A stretch of DNA of 64,000 bases from Saccharofermentanales bacterium (GTDB taxonomy: Bacteria; Bacillota; Clostridia; Saccharofermentanales; DTU023): NCBI GenBank assembly GCA_050951845.1, contig JBMNJV010000006.1, forward strand, positions 295,565 through 359,564, written 5' to 3'. The number at the start of each line of letters is the position of its first letter. Within the stretch, counting starts at the first letter, position 1. The notes beneath the pieces were generated by a model. The model saw only the letters and a list, made by a program, of their open reading frames with translations, had not been told where the DNA came from and did not search any database. Shown in pieces: positions 42,964 to 53,251 of this stretch. A program made the position numbers and the translations under genes.

Positions 42964-43313
42964 AAGATTTCCGGACAAAAGGGAAAATTTATCTGGCCTT
43001 AGGTTATACAGATCTTCGCAAAGGTATAGACGGCTTATGTGCTCTCGTTCAGGAAAACTATGGCAAAGACCTGAAGACTCATGACCTGTTTTTATTTTGT
43101 GGTCGGCGGACCGATCGGATTAAAGGATTATTATGGGAAGGGGACGGTTTTCTTCTGTTGTACAAACGTTTAGAAGCCGGTCGTTTCCAATGGCCAAGAA
43201 CCCCGACAGAATTGTCAGAGATTACAGCTGAACAATACAGCTTTCTGATGCGCGGCATGCAGGTAATCGCCCCTAAAATCCCACAACGAAAAATCGCTCC
43301 TAAAATCGTCTGA
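42957..43313 (+). CDS. tnpB: IS66 accessory protein TnpB
   Basis: GYTDLRKGIDGL, LFLFCGRR, WEGDGFLLLYKRLE. Confidence 0.95.
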   Translation: MLKDFRTKGKIYLALGYTDLRKGIDGLCALVQENYGKDLKTHDLFLFCGRRTDRIKGLLWEGDGFLLLYKRLEAGRFQWPRTPTELSEITAEQYSFLMRGMQVIAPKIPQRKIAPKIV

Positions 43314-43374
43314 AAGCACTGAAATAAAGGCTTTCCAGCTTGTTTATTCATGCCTGAAATGGTAAAATAAAAGC

Positions 43375-44928
43375 ATGAAAACAGTCACTATTTCCCAAGA
43401 AGAATACAACAAATTCAAGGCGCAAGAGCAATATATTAGTGAGCTTGAACAGCGAGAAAAATGGCTCAAGGAACAAATCCTTTTGCTGAAAAAAGCTCAA
43501 TTTGGTTCTAAGAGTGAACGCGCTACGTATCTTAAACAATTAAGTATAGATAATCTTTTTGATGAGGCAGAAGTTTTCAGTGATCCTGAACAAGAAGAAC
43601 CTAAATTTGAAGAAGTAATCCGGGTTCCGGCTCATACCCGTAAGAAAAAATCTGTCATAGAACGTCTTCCTGAAGATATCCCTATCGTTGAACGTCACCA
43701 CTATGTGGATGCAAAGGGACGTACCTGTCCTCATTGTTCTGCGGAGATGGAAGAAATAGGTACAGAAACAAGAAGTACTCTTGGTATGGCACCTGCTAAA
43801 GTATTTGAGATCCGCGATATTTGTCATGTTTATGCTTGCAAAGCTTGTGACAAGGAAGCAGAACCGGTGACGGTTCGTAAAGCAACCTTCCCTGCTGCTG
43901 TGATCCCAGGTGGTATAGCCAGTCCTGAAGCAATTGCTAATGTGATCAATGACAAATTTGTTCAGGGAACACCACTCTACCGCCAGGAACAGTATTGGCA
44001 ACGAGTCGGTGTGATGCTCTCCAGACAGACGATGTCAAACTGGCTGATGTACTCGGTAGAACATTACTTGAAATACATTTACGACAAACTTCACCAAGAT
44101 TTACTTCAAGAAGACATCCTGCACGCTGATGAAACAGAATTACAGGTTCTGCATGAAGAAGGAAAAAGTCCGCAAAGCAAAAGTTATATGTGGTTGTACC
44201 GTACAGGAGTAACAGCTGCAAATCCGATTGTTCTCTTCCGTTACGAGCGAGACCGAAGACATTGCCGTCCACAAGAATTCCTGGAAGGATTTCAGGGATA
44301 TCTGCACAGTGATGGTTATGAAGCCTACCATAAATTAGAGAACGTCCGGTCAGTGGGATGCTTTGTCCATGTCAGAAGAAAGTTTGTAGAAGCAGCTGAG
44401 ACAGCCTCGAAAAACAAAGGCAGCCTTAATCTTGCCGGCAAGGCAGTTCAGGATATCCGTCAGATATTTGCTTGGGAAGACTTCTGTGCTGAGATGTCTG
44501 CTGAGGAACGCTACGAGAAACGACTTGCAAAGCAAAAACCTCTCATGGAAAAATTCTTTGAATGGCTGGAAGATATTGTTGTGTCAGAGAAGTCAGCTTT
44601 AGGCATTGCCAGAAAGTATGCCTTAGGGCAGAAGGATTATATTCTCAATGTCTACCTGGATGGACGACTTGAGTTAAACAACAACCGTGCGGAGCGAAGC
44701 ATAAAACCATTCGTAATCGGCAGGAAGAATTTTCTGTTCGCCAACACACCCAGAGGAGCTACTGCCAGTGCCATTCTCTACTCTCTCGTTGAGACAGCCA
44801 AAGAGACGGGAGTTGATCCTTACAGTTACTTGGTTTATACCCTGACAGAAGCATCAAAACTACGTGATACCGATGAATTCGAGAAAATTGCCGAACTGAC
44901 GCCCGCATATTTTAAAAATCTCGGATAA
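43375..44928 (+). CDS. tnpC: IS66 transposase TnpC
   Basis: FGSKSE, CPHC…C zinc finger, HADET, SDGY, CFVHVRRKF, NNRAERSIK. Confidence 0.96.
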   Translation: MKTVTISQEEYNKFKAQEQYISELEQREKWLKEQILLLKKAQFGSKSERATYLKQLSIDNLFDEAEVFSDPEQEEPKFEEVIRVPAHTRKKKSVIERLPEDIPIVERHHYVDAKGRTCPHCSAEMEEIGTETRSTLGMAPAKVFEIRDICHVYACKACDKEAEPVTVRKATFPAAVIPGGIASPEAIANVINDKFVQGTPLYRQEQYWQRVGVMLSRQTMSNWLMYSVEHYLKYIYDKLHQDLLQEDILHADETELQVLHEEGKSPQSKSYMWLYRTGVTAANPIVLFRYERDRRHCRPQEFLEGFQGYLHSDGYEAYHKLENVRSVGCFVHVRRKFVEAAETASKNKGSLNLAGKAVQDIRQIFAWEDFCAEMSAEERYEKRLAKQKPLMEKFFEWLEDIVVSEKSALGIARKYALGQKDYILNVYLDGRLELNNNRAERSIKPFVIGRKNFLFANTPRGATASAILYSLVETAKETGVDPYSYLVYTLTEASKLRDTDEFEKIAELTPAYFKNLG

Positions 44929-44962
44929 ATCTGATTGGAACACCGATAGGTTTGACGCTCAC

Positions 44963-46246
44963 GATTGTTACACTAGTTAATTGATTATATTGAAATGCCA
45001 TATAACCTATTGTTGTTACAGAATTCGGAATTTCTACATTGGTTAGTTGGTTATTATTAAACCCGGATAAATATGTTACGGAATCTGGGATTGTTACACT
45101 GGTTAATTTATTATTTGAAAAAGCCGCTATGCCTATTTCTGTTACGGAATTGGGTATTTCTATACTGGTTAATAGATTATTTGAAAATGCTCTACTACCT
45201 ATTGTTGTTACGGAATCAGGGAATGTTATACTGGTTAGTTGATTATTTGAAAATGTATCATCTTCTATTATCGTTATTGAATTCGGGATTTCTACATTGC
45301 TTAGTTGGTTATATAAAAAAGCACTTTTTCCTATGCTTGTTACAGAATTCGGGATTTCTACACTGGTTAATTCCTTAGCATAAAATGCATATCTCCCTAT
45401 TGTTGCCACTCCTACTCCACCTATTTCTGCAGGAATTGTTACATCCTTACTTGTACCGGTGTAACCGGTGATAGTCCCGGTTAAAATATCAAATACAAAA
45501 TCACTCTCCGGAGTTGCAGAACGATTAGATACTGTTGGGGAAACAGTTCTTTCGTCAGATTGAGTAATCTCGTTTAATGCATCTTCTGCTGTATCTGTTG
45601 ATGTTTCCTTTGAATTAGTTGCAGAATCATTTGTATCTTCTGTGGAATTTTCAGTAATATTTTTTTCATCTGCTATAATTTCTTCATCATTTATTTCAGT
45701 TCCTACATCTACTTCATCGGATTTATCTGTTACTTCATCGGATTTATCAGTTCCTTCATCAGATTCATCAGTTATTTCATCCGATTTATCTGTTTCTTGC
45801 GGTTCATTAATTGATTCAAGAGGATCCGATTCGTCAGGTGCAATACTTGCTTCAGTTTGAGATGATGTTGCAACATTTTCGGTATATTCCGTACTATAAA
45901 CTGTTTTCGGAGTATCCGATAATTGCTCATCCACCGTTGTTTCTATAGTCTCTGCTGTTTCTGCTATTCCTGTTATCTCAATAGTTTCTGTTATATCGAT
46001 AGTCTCTGTTGTATCGATAGTCTCTGTTGTCTCGATAGTTTCTGTTGTCTCAATAGTTTCTGTTACCTCGATAGTCTCTGTTGTCTCAATAGTTTCTGTT
46101 GCCTCGATAGTTTCTGTTGCCTCGATAGTTTCTGTTGTTTCTGCATTTACATTCAGAGAAAAAATATTAGTAAATACAAATGAAATTAATAGAATACTAA
46201 TAATAATTTTTACCGTGTTGCTTTTATTACTTGCCATTCTCCTCAT
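44963..46246 (-). pseudogene. 5' part of the interrupted BspA-type LRR protein (signal peptide, TTETIE repeats, acidic linker, first LRRs); probable start 46237
   Basis: Family signal peptide; the ORF runs into the IS66 IR and stops at 44912; the rejoined gene is 5910 bp in one frame. Confidence 0.92.
45985..46142 (-). repeat. 18-bp tandem repeat encoding (T/A)TETIE
   Basis: Repeated gtctcgatagtttctgtt-like units. Confidence 0.9.
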
Positions 46247-46320
46247 CTCCTTTGTTTTTTGTATTATGCTTTAATAGGTTGAACAAAGCAAATGATTTGA
46301 TCTTAATTACTACTCCCTCA

Positions 46321-48594
46321 TCACCAGGGTTCTATTCTGCTGAATATAGTTGCCCATGTCCGATAACCATAGTTTGATGTGATACCGGTGAACATTACGA
46401 CATTATAATTGGGATTCAACATGTTATCATTGTGCGCGGGTGAGTTTTTCCAAATTTCAAATACGGATTCTACAGTCGGATAACCCCATGCTATATTTTC
46501 ACCCTTCCATGTAACATTTTCCAACTGTACTGCTGTTGTCCAATGTGAACCATCCGGTCTGGTATGGGAAAAATTATATGCAATTTCAGCAGCTCGTATA
46601 TTTCCGCCAGCAAGCCAATTGTAGTTATAAGCAAGAGGTGCAGCACCGTTATTTTTCCTGTGCTGATTGATTAAAGCTAAAAACCGTTCCATCTCACCGT
46701 ATGTCAAAGCTGTTCCTTTAACGACTGTTCCATCTGCTCCGGTAAAGCTGGTCTGATTGGTGACCGATTGATCAGGGGTATTCTTTCTTAATTGTGAATG
46801 ATAAATATAACCGGTTTTGCCCTGAAATTGAATTTTCAGCCAATTGCCCTGCCATGTTCCGCTGACATAAGTAGATTGCGAATATTTGCCCAAAACACTT
46901 CCGCAGGGAGCATTCCTGACATTCGTATTCGGAATGGCATATCCGGCATATGGAATCGGAGTTGCTGACAAGATATGACGATAAACTGCCACATCAATCC
47001 CGGTTTTCTGCTCTATAATATAGTCGCCAATGACTCTGCCTTTAATAAATTCACCTCTCGAAATTTTACCGACTATATGCTTTAAATTATTGTAATTTCT
47101 GACATTGGTATCTGACTTGGCATAACGTACTTGAATTATCGGATCTTTACGCAGTGTTCCGATATGGACATAACAAGTTTGAGAATGCAAAGATTCTTGA
47201 CCGGCAGTGAATTTAACCCAATTGCCGTTCATTGTGCCGGAAATATCTGAACCGATTGGCAGTGTGTCGTAGATGGTACCATTTATGTCAGGAGATAATC
47301 TTGCGTTGGTGTCACCCTTTAAATATCCGGTAACAGTTAAAGGGGTGGTTTGGGTATTTGTATAATAGACATAATTCGTCACGTTATTTCTTTGGAAAAA
47401 AAGCCAATTTCCGGCAACACCGGCATTGACATAAATCGGCAGATCTAATGTCTCTATTACCTGACCATCAGGTTTGTTACGTAAATTCGATCCTGCTTTG
47501 ATATAGACATATTTTTGTTCAGCAGGATTTTTTTGAAGTAATGAAGCATAGACATAACCGGTGCTGCCGTTAAAAGTAAATTTAACCCAGCTGCCGACCA
47601 GAACGCCTTTTACTTGATCACCTCTGATGACTGTACCGATAACTGTTCCGCCCGGAGTTTTCCGAACATTAAGCGTACTTTTGGCATAACCGGTCATCGG
47701 CGGATTGGTTGTCCTTGTTGAACTCATTGCCACATAAGCAGTTCTTCCGTTATAAGTGAACTTGAACCAGACTCCCTGAATTGTACCGGTTGCCAGAAGC
47801 GGTCGCCACGGTCTGACGATAATGCTGCCATTCGGTGCGCTTCTGATTATGGAATTAGCTACTATATATCTGGTTGCACTTCCTGTATTAGTAGTCCTTG
47901 CAGTTATTGAACTATCGGACTCTGTCAGCGGGACAGAAATTTCAGTTTCACAGATGGCTTCAGCCGGATCCGGTGTATCCGATACCATATTCTCCACAGA
48001 AGGCAATGCTGTGGCAATATCTTCCCTATCTTCAGTATCACTGAGACCGGTAATTATTTCCGAAGTCTCTGTTGATTTTTCAATATTTATCGTTTCGTCT
48101 GCCTCTGCAATCTCAGCAACTGTATCAGCTGTTTCTGCAACCTCAGCAACTGTATCAGCTGTTTCCGTAACCTCAGCAGTTTCAGACAATTCTGCATTTT
48201 CAGCAATCTCAGCAGTTGAAGACATCTCCACATTTTCTGCAATCTCAGCAGTTTCAGCTGTTATTTCTGAAAAATTATCAATCGTTGCGACGGTTTCCGT
48301 AATTTCATTTATTTCTTTCGATTCAGCAAGGTCAGAAGTTTCAGACATTTCAGCTGACTCCGGCATTTCAGTTGACTCAGGCATTTCAGTTGACTCAGGA
48401 AATTCAGTTGACTCTGGCATTTCAGCAACCTCTGTAATTTCAGCGGTTCCCGATATTTCCACTGTCTCTGCATTTACTTTGACCGAGAAAATGCTTGTAT
48501 ATGCTATTACGATTAATAATAGCCAACTAATACTTTTAATACTTCGAACAATATTCTTATTACTCTTTAGCATTATGTTTATCATCCTCGTCAT
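46321..48594 (-). CDS. Secreted SH3b-repeat protein with a C-terminal CAP/SCP domain
   Basis: LINQHRKNNG, FSHTRPDG, GENIAWG, WKNSPAHNDNML. Confidence 0.88.
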   Translation of the reverse strand: MTRMINIMLKSNKNIVRSIKSISWLLLIVIAYTSIFSVKVNAETVEISGTAEITEVAEMPESTEFPESTEMPESTEMPESAEMSETSDLAESKEINEITETVATIDNFSEITAETAEIAENVEMSSTAEIAENAELSETAEVTETADTVAEVAETADTVAEIAEADETINIEKSTETSEIITGLSDTEDREDIATALPSVENMVSDTPDPAEAICETEISVPLTESDSSITARTTNTGSATRYIVANSIIRSAPNGSIIVRPWRPLLATGTIQGVWFKFTYNGRTAYVAMSSTRTTNPPMTGYAKSTLNVRKTPGGTVIGTVIRGDQVKGVLVGSWVKFTFNGSTGYVYASLLQKNPAEQKYVYIKAGSNLRNKPDGQVIETLDLPIYVNAGVAGNWLFFQRNNVTNYVYYTNTQTTPLTVTGYLKGDTNARLSPDINGTIYDTLPIGSDISGTMNGNWVKFTAGQESLHSQTCYVHIGTLRKDPIIQVRYAKSDTNVRNYNNLKHIVGKISRGEFIKGRVIGDYIIEQKTGIDVAVYRHILSATPIPYAGYAIPNTNVRNAPCGSVLGKYSQSTYVSGTWQGNWLKIQFQGKTGYIYHSQLRKNTPDQSVTNQTSFTGADGTVVKGTALTYGEMERFLALINQHRKNNGAAPLAYNYNWLAGGNIRAAEIAYNFSHTRPDGSHWTTAVQLENVTWKGENIAWGYPTVESVFEIWKNSPAHNDNMLNPNYNVVMFTGITSNYGYRTWATIFSRIEPW

Positions 48595-48675
48595 TATTTA
48601 TTTGATTAAATAAAATGAGACATTTTCAGCATTATCTTTAAGTTATTCTCACAAATCTTCCATGTGATACTAATG

Positions 48676-48728
48676 AAAAACAGCATACATATCCGTATAT
48701 AAAGATAATATATACAGGCATGTATGCT
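48676..48728 (-). terminator. Probable intrinsic terminator after the 48757-50688 gene
   Basis: gcatacat…atgtatgc stem followed by a U-tract on the minus strand; duplicated at 55701-55751. Confidence 0.6.
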
Positions 48729-48756
48729 TGTAAATGATTTGTTGTTTAATTTGTTG

Positions 48757-50688
48757 TTATTTAAAAATTACATCCACTGCATATTGTGCATCTGCTTGAG
48801 TAAACTGTTCACCATAACCTGATGATAATTGTTCAAATAATCTTTGTTTTGACCAATTAAATAATTCCAAATAACCTCTGCCGGCTTTTACTGCATTCTG
48901 ACGCCAATTGGCATTAATATTTTCTGCAGCATACTGTGACGCTTCTGAACTATATTTCCCGCCATAAGGTGAAACTAATTGTTCATATAGTCTTTGTTTA
49001 GACCAATCAAAAATCTCTAAATATTCTTTTGCTTCGGCTAAAGCATTTTTATATTCAAGGGTTACCGCGGAGCCATATGAAGCCATATAGCTTACCCCAT
49101 ATGATGAAGGTTTATAATCTCTGATATTTGATTTATAAACATATCCGGTGTCTCCATAATTATCTGTTTTCAGCCAATTCCCTTCCCAAATACCTTGAAT
49201 ATCATTTGTAAATAAATATTTATCATAGCTTACGCCGTTTGGTTTAACATAAATTTTCGAATTTGCCAAGACATAACCTTTATAAGTTACCGGACTTGTC
49301 GATAATAAACTCAGATACACTGTTGCTTTCGTGCCATTATAAATAAAGACAACTTTATTGCCGACTATTTGTCCGGATACAGGTCGTCCTTTGAATAATG
49401 TTCCGATAATTGAATTATTACTGTAACTTCTGACAGACATTGTTTGACTGGCATATCCGGATATTTTCACAGGATCTTTTTGGAGCAATGAGGCAAAAAC
49501 ATATCCGGTTTTTCCATTATAAGTAAATCTCACCATATTTCCGACCAGAACACCTTTAACTTGACGACCCAAAGCCAATGTTCCGATGACTGTTCCGTTC
49601 GGGACATTCCGTACATAAAGTTTTTGTTTAGCATAACCGGTCATCGCAGGATTACCGGTCGTGGTTACACTCATTGCCACATAAGCATTTCTTCCGTTAT
49701 AGGTGAATTTGAGCCAGGCTCCTTCAATTGTGCCGCTTACCAGCAAGGGTCGCCACAATTTGGTGATTACACTGCCGTTCGGCGCATTTCTGATTATTGA
49801 ATTAGCATAGATATAGCATGTTACCTGAACCGGGGTTGCCTGCAACAAAGAAACATAGACATAAGCTGTTCTGCCCTTATAGGTTGATCTTACCATATTA
49901 CCGACCAGAACACCTTTAACTTGGTAACCTTTGGGAATTATACCTAAAACTGATCCGCCCGGGGCATTTCGTACATTGACAGCACTTTTGGCATATCCGG
50001 TGATCGGCGGGTTATTGGTTGTCGTTACGCTGTTCGCCACATAGGCTGTAGCTCCGTTATAGACAAATCTGAGCCAGGCTCCCTGGATTGTTCCTTTAAC
50101 AAACAAAGGCATTTTGAGAGTTGTTATCGGACTGCCGTTAGGTGCACTTCTGATGATCGAATTGGCATAAATATAGCGTGTTACCTGTGATTGTCTTGAA
50201 CGGCGGGATTGTATCGGTGAGTCCTTCGTTTCAACAGATTGAGCATCCTCATTTGATTCAGCTGTTGCTGATTCTTCTGTTGCTGATTCTTCTTGCTCTG
50301 TTCCGGATTCTTCTTGCTCTGCTCCGGATTGATCAGTTGGTGCCGGTTGTTCTGCCGGTTCTGATTCTTCTGCGACTGATTCCTTTATTTCTGATTCTTC
50401 TATTGTAGTCTCTTCTGCTGACGTTTCTTGTTCTTCGGCTTCTTCCGGCTGTGTTACTTCAGTTTGTGTTTTTTCTTGTTCCTCCTCAGCAACCTTTTCC
50501 GTTCTTTCTGGTAAGTTGCTTTTTTCTGTTGTTTCTGCAATTTCGTCAAGCATTTCCGAAGTTTCTGTGCTTTCACCTGTTGCAATTATTTCTGCCTTTA
50601 CATCAAGTGAAGAGAGATTTGTGAATACCAATGAGAATAATAGAACCCACACAATCGTTTTAATACTAGTACCGTTTCTCTTAATCAT
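48757..50688 (-). CDS. Secreted SH3b-repeat protein with two C-terminal Ltp-family (phage superinfection-exclusion) repeats
   Basis: EYKNALAEAKEYL…SKQRLYEQLVSPYGGKYS…QYA and NWRQNAVKA…SKQRLFEQLSSGYGEQFTQADAQYAVD. Confidence 0.82.
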   Translation of the reverse strand: MIKRNGTSIKTIVWVLLFSLVFTNLSSLDVKAEIIATGESTETSEMLDEIAETTEKSNLPERTEKVAEEEQEKTQTEVTQPEEAEEQETSAEETTIEESEIKESVAEESEPAEQPAPTDQSGAEQEESGTEQEESATEESATAESNEDAQSVETKDSPIQSRRSRQSQVTRYIYANSIIRSAPNGSPITTLKMPLFVKGTIQGAWLRFVYNGATAYVANSVTTTNNPPITGYAKSAVNVRNAPGGSVLGIIPKGYQVKGVLVGNMVRSTYKGRTAYVYVSLLQATPVQVTCYIYANSIIRNAPNGSVITKLWRPLLVSGTIEGAWLKFTYNGRNAYVAMSVTTTGNPAMTGYAKQKLYVRNVPNGTVIGTLALGRQVKGVLVGNMVRFTYNGKTGYVFASLLQKDPVKISGYASQTMSVRSYSNNSIIGTLFKGRPVSGQIVGNKVVFIYNGTKATVYLSLLSTSPVTYKGYVLANSKIYVKPNGVSYDKYLFTNDIQGIWEGNWLKTDNYGDTGYVYKSNIRDYKPSSYGVSYMASYGSAVTLEYKNALAEAKEYLEIFDWSKQRLYEQLVSPYGGKYSSEASQYAAENINANWRQNAVKAGRGYLELFNWSKQRLFEQLSSGYGEQFTQADAQYAVDVIFK

Positions 50689-50999
50689 TTAATTGTCCTC
50701 CTATTCGATATAGTCTTTAGTTTTTCGTTGTTTTGTTTATTCTCATTAACTGATATATACATATTGCGTAATTACAAAAAACGGTTGTCAACAAGCTAAT
50801 CTCATGTAAAATATAAAATCTAAAACATTCTAAAATGGCGTACCAGCTGAAATGTAATGAATATCTCCATCCGTATCCGTGTTTAAGGGTTCACTACAAT
50901 GCTAATGCGCTACCATAAAACCTAACATAGAGTCATCTCAAGTTCAGAACATATTAATTAAGTTTGAATCATATTTAAATTCTGTTGAAATTTGTCTAA

Positions 51000-51023
51000 T
51001 TATTTAATCGCACCACATTCGCA
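51000..51023 (-). pseudogene. Orphan 3' tail (CECGAIK*) of a deleted paralog of the 58374-60542 gene
   Basis: Matches 58374-58397; downstream motifs ctcaagttcaga and gcgtacc(a/g)gctgaaa are also shared (50838-50948 vs 58275-58338). Confidence 0.8.
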
Positions 51024-51065
51024 AAATAATGGTATCTTTCTTTCTGTTTCGTTGCTACACTTAAA

Positions 51066-53237
51066 TCACCAAGGTTCCGTTCTGTTAAAAAAAGCAACCC
51101 ATTTTGGGCTATCATTTTTAGTAAACATGCCGGTAAACATTACTGTATCGAAATCAGAATTTAACAACTTCTTATTGTTAGCCGGAATGTTTTTCCAACG
51201 CTTAAACAAGGTTTCTACATTCTTAGAACAACTCCCAATCATTTCACCGGAATAACCGAAACAATAATCTATTGGCACAGCTGTATCAAAAGAAGAACCA
51301 TCGGGTCTGGTATGATCAAACTTATATGTTACTTCAGCAGCTCTTATGTTCCCGCCTTCAAGCCAATTGTAGTCATAAGCAAGAGGTGTGACACCGTTAT
51401 TTTTTCTATGTTCATTGATTAAATTTAAAAACTGTTCCATCTGACCATATGTTAACGGTGTTCCTTCAACGACTGTTCCATCTGCTCCGGTAAAGCTGGT
51501 CTGGTTTGTAACTGCTTGATTGGGGTTATTACTTCTTAGTTGTGTGCGATAAATATATCCGGTTCGCCCTTGGTATTGAATTTTCAACCAATTGCCCTGC
51601 CATGTTCCATTGACATAAGTTACTTGAGAATACTTTCCTAAAACACTTCCGTTAGGGGCACTCCTGACATTTGTATTCGGAATTGCATATCCGGCATATG
51701 GAATCGGAGTTGCTGATAAATTATGACGATAAACCGCCATGTCAATGCCGTTTTTATTCTCTATAATATAGTCGCCAATGACTCTGCCTTTAATAAAATC
51801 ACCTCTTATCATTTTTCCGGTTATTTGTTTCAAATTATTATATTTTCTGACATTAGTATCTGACTTGGCATAACGTACCTGAATTATCGGATCTTTACGT
51901 ATCATTCCTACATGAACATAATAAGTTTTAGAATAGTAATAATTATCGACTATAAATGAAACCCAATCACCTTTCATTGTCCCCGAAATATCTGAACCGA
52001 TTGGCAGTTTTTCATAGATTTCACTATTTATATCAGGAGAAACTCGTGCATTGGTATCACCCCTTAAATATCCGGTTACAGTTAAAGGGGTAGTTTGAGT
52101 ATTTGAATTATATACATAATTCAGCCGGTTATTTCTTTGAAAATAGAGCCAATTTCCCGCAACATTGGCTTTTAAATATATCGGCATATCTAATTTCTCT
52201 ATTACCTGACCATTGGGACTGTTACGTAAATTAGATCCCGCTTTGATATAAACATATTTTTGTTCAACAGGACTATTTTGGAGTAAGGGTACATAGACAT
52301 AGCCTGTGCTGCCGTTATAAGTAAATTTGACCCAGTTGCCGACCAGAACGCCTTTGACTTGGTCACCTCTGATGACTGTACCGATAACTGCTCCGCCCGG
52401 GGTTTTTCTTACATTAATTGCACTTTTGGCATATCCGGTAATCGGCGGGTTATTGGTTGTGGTCACGCTCATTGCCACATAGGCAGTGCTCCCGTTATAG
52501 GTAAATTTGAGCCAGGCTCCTTGGATTGTGCCGGTCACGAACAACGGCATTTTCAGGGTAGTTATTATACTGCCGTTTGGTGCACTTCTAATTATGGAAT
52601 TAGCATAAATATAGCGTGTTACATGTGACTGTCTTGAACGGCGGGTTTGTGCCGGTAAATCCTTCGTTTCATCAGATTGAGCATCCTCATTTGATTCAGC
52701 TGTTGCTGATTCTTCTGTTGCTGATTCTTCTTGCTCTGTTCCGGATTCTTCTTGCTCTGTTGCTGACTCTTCTTGATCTGTTGCTGATTCTTCTTGCTCT
52801 GCTCCGGATTTATCTGTTGGTGCCGGTTGTTCTGCCGGTTCTGATTCTACTGCGGCTGATTCTTCAGTCGTTGTTTCTTTTGATAACACTGCGTCTGTTT
52901 CAGATTCGGTGAGTGCAACAGCTGTTTCCGGACGATCAGCCAAGTCTCCGCTTTCAGTTGTTTCTGCAATATCAGATATACCGGAAGCTTCCGGTATATC
53001 TGTAATTTCGGTAGCCGGATCAGTTATTACACCTGATTCAACGGATTGAGTTAGTTCAGATCTTTCTGTTTCTGTATCTGTTTCTTCTGTTGTTTCGGTT
53101 GGCTCTATTTCAACAAATTCAGTATTTTCTGCCAACGTATCTGCTTTTAGATCGACTGAGAAAGCACTTGTAAACACTATTGAGATCAAAAGTATCCAAA
53201 TTATGTTTCTTCGCACAATACTCTTTCTCTTAACCAT
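51066..53237 (-). CDS. Secreted SH3b-repeat protein with a divergent C-terminal CAP domain (ORF track extends to 53249; RBS favours 53237)
   Basis: FDHTRPDG is retained, but GEMIG and WKNIPANNKKLL replace GENIA and WxNSxxH. Confidence 0.85.
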   Translation of the reverse strand: MVKRKSIVRRNIIWILLISIVFTSAFSVDLKADTLAENTEFVEIEPTETTEETDTETERSELTQSVESGVITDPATEITDIPEASGISDIAETTESGDLADRPETAVALTESETDAVLSKETTTEESAAVESEPAEQPAPTDKSGAEQEESATDQEESATEQEESGTEQEESATEESATAESNEDAQSDETKDLPAQTRRSRQSHVTRYIYANSIIRSAPNGSIITTLKMPLFVTGTIQGAWLKFTYNGSTAYVAMSVTTTNNPPITGYAKSAINVRKTPGGAVIGTVIRGDQVKGVLVGNWVKFTYNGSTGYVYVPLLQNSPVEQKYVYIKAGSNLRNSPNGQVIEKLDMPIYLKANVAGNWLYFQRNNRLNYVYNSNTQTTPLTVTGYLRGDTNARVSPDINSEIYEKLPIGSDISGTMKGDWVSFIVDNYYYSKTYYVHVGMIRKDPIIQVRYAKSDTNVRKYNNLKQITGKMIRGDFIKGRVIGDYIIENKNGIDMAVYRHNLSATPIPYAGYAIPNTNVRSAPNGSVLGKYSQVTYVNGTWQGNWLKIQYQGRTGYIYRTQLRSNNPNQAVTNQTSFTGADGTVVEGTPLTYGQMEQFLNLINEHRKNNGVTPLAYDYNWLEGGNIRAAEVTYKFDHTRPDGSSFDTAVPIDYCFGYSGEMIGSCSKNVETLFKRWKNIPANNKKLLNSDFDTVMFTGMFTKNDSPKWVAFFNRTEPW

Positions 53238-53251
53238 TTTCATCTCCATAT

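Larger units (their letters stand above)
42509..44962 (+). mobile_element. Complete IS66-family insertion sequence (2454 bp)
   Basis: Terminal IRs GT(A/G)AGCGTCAAACCTATCGG; perfect 8-bp target duplication GATTGTTA at 42501-42508 and 44963-44970; tnpA-tnpB-tnpC. Confidence 0.98.

Noticed and set aside
44912-44962. C-terminus VSVKPIGVPIRFIRDF of the 444-aa ORF
   Set aside because: Read-through into the IS66 terminal repeat
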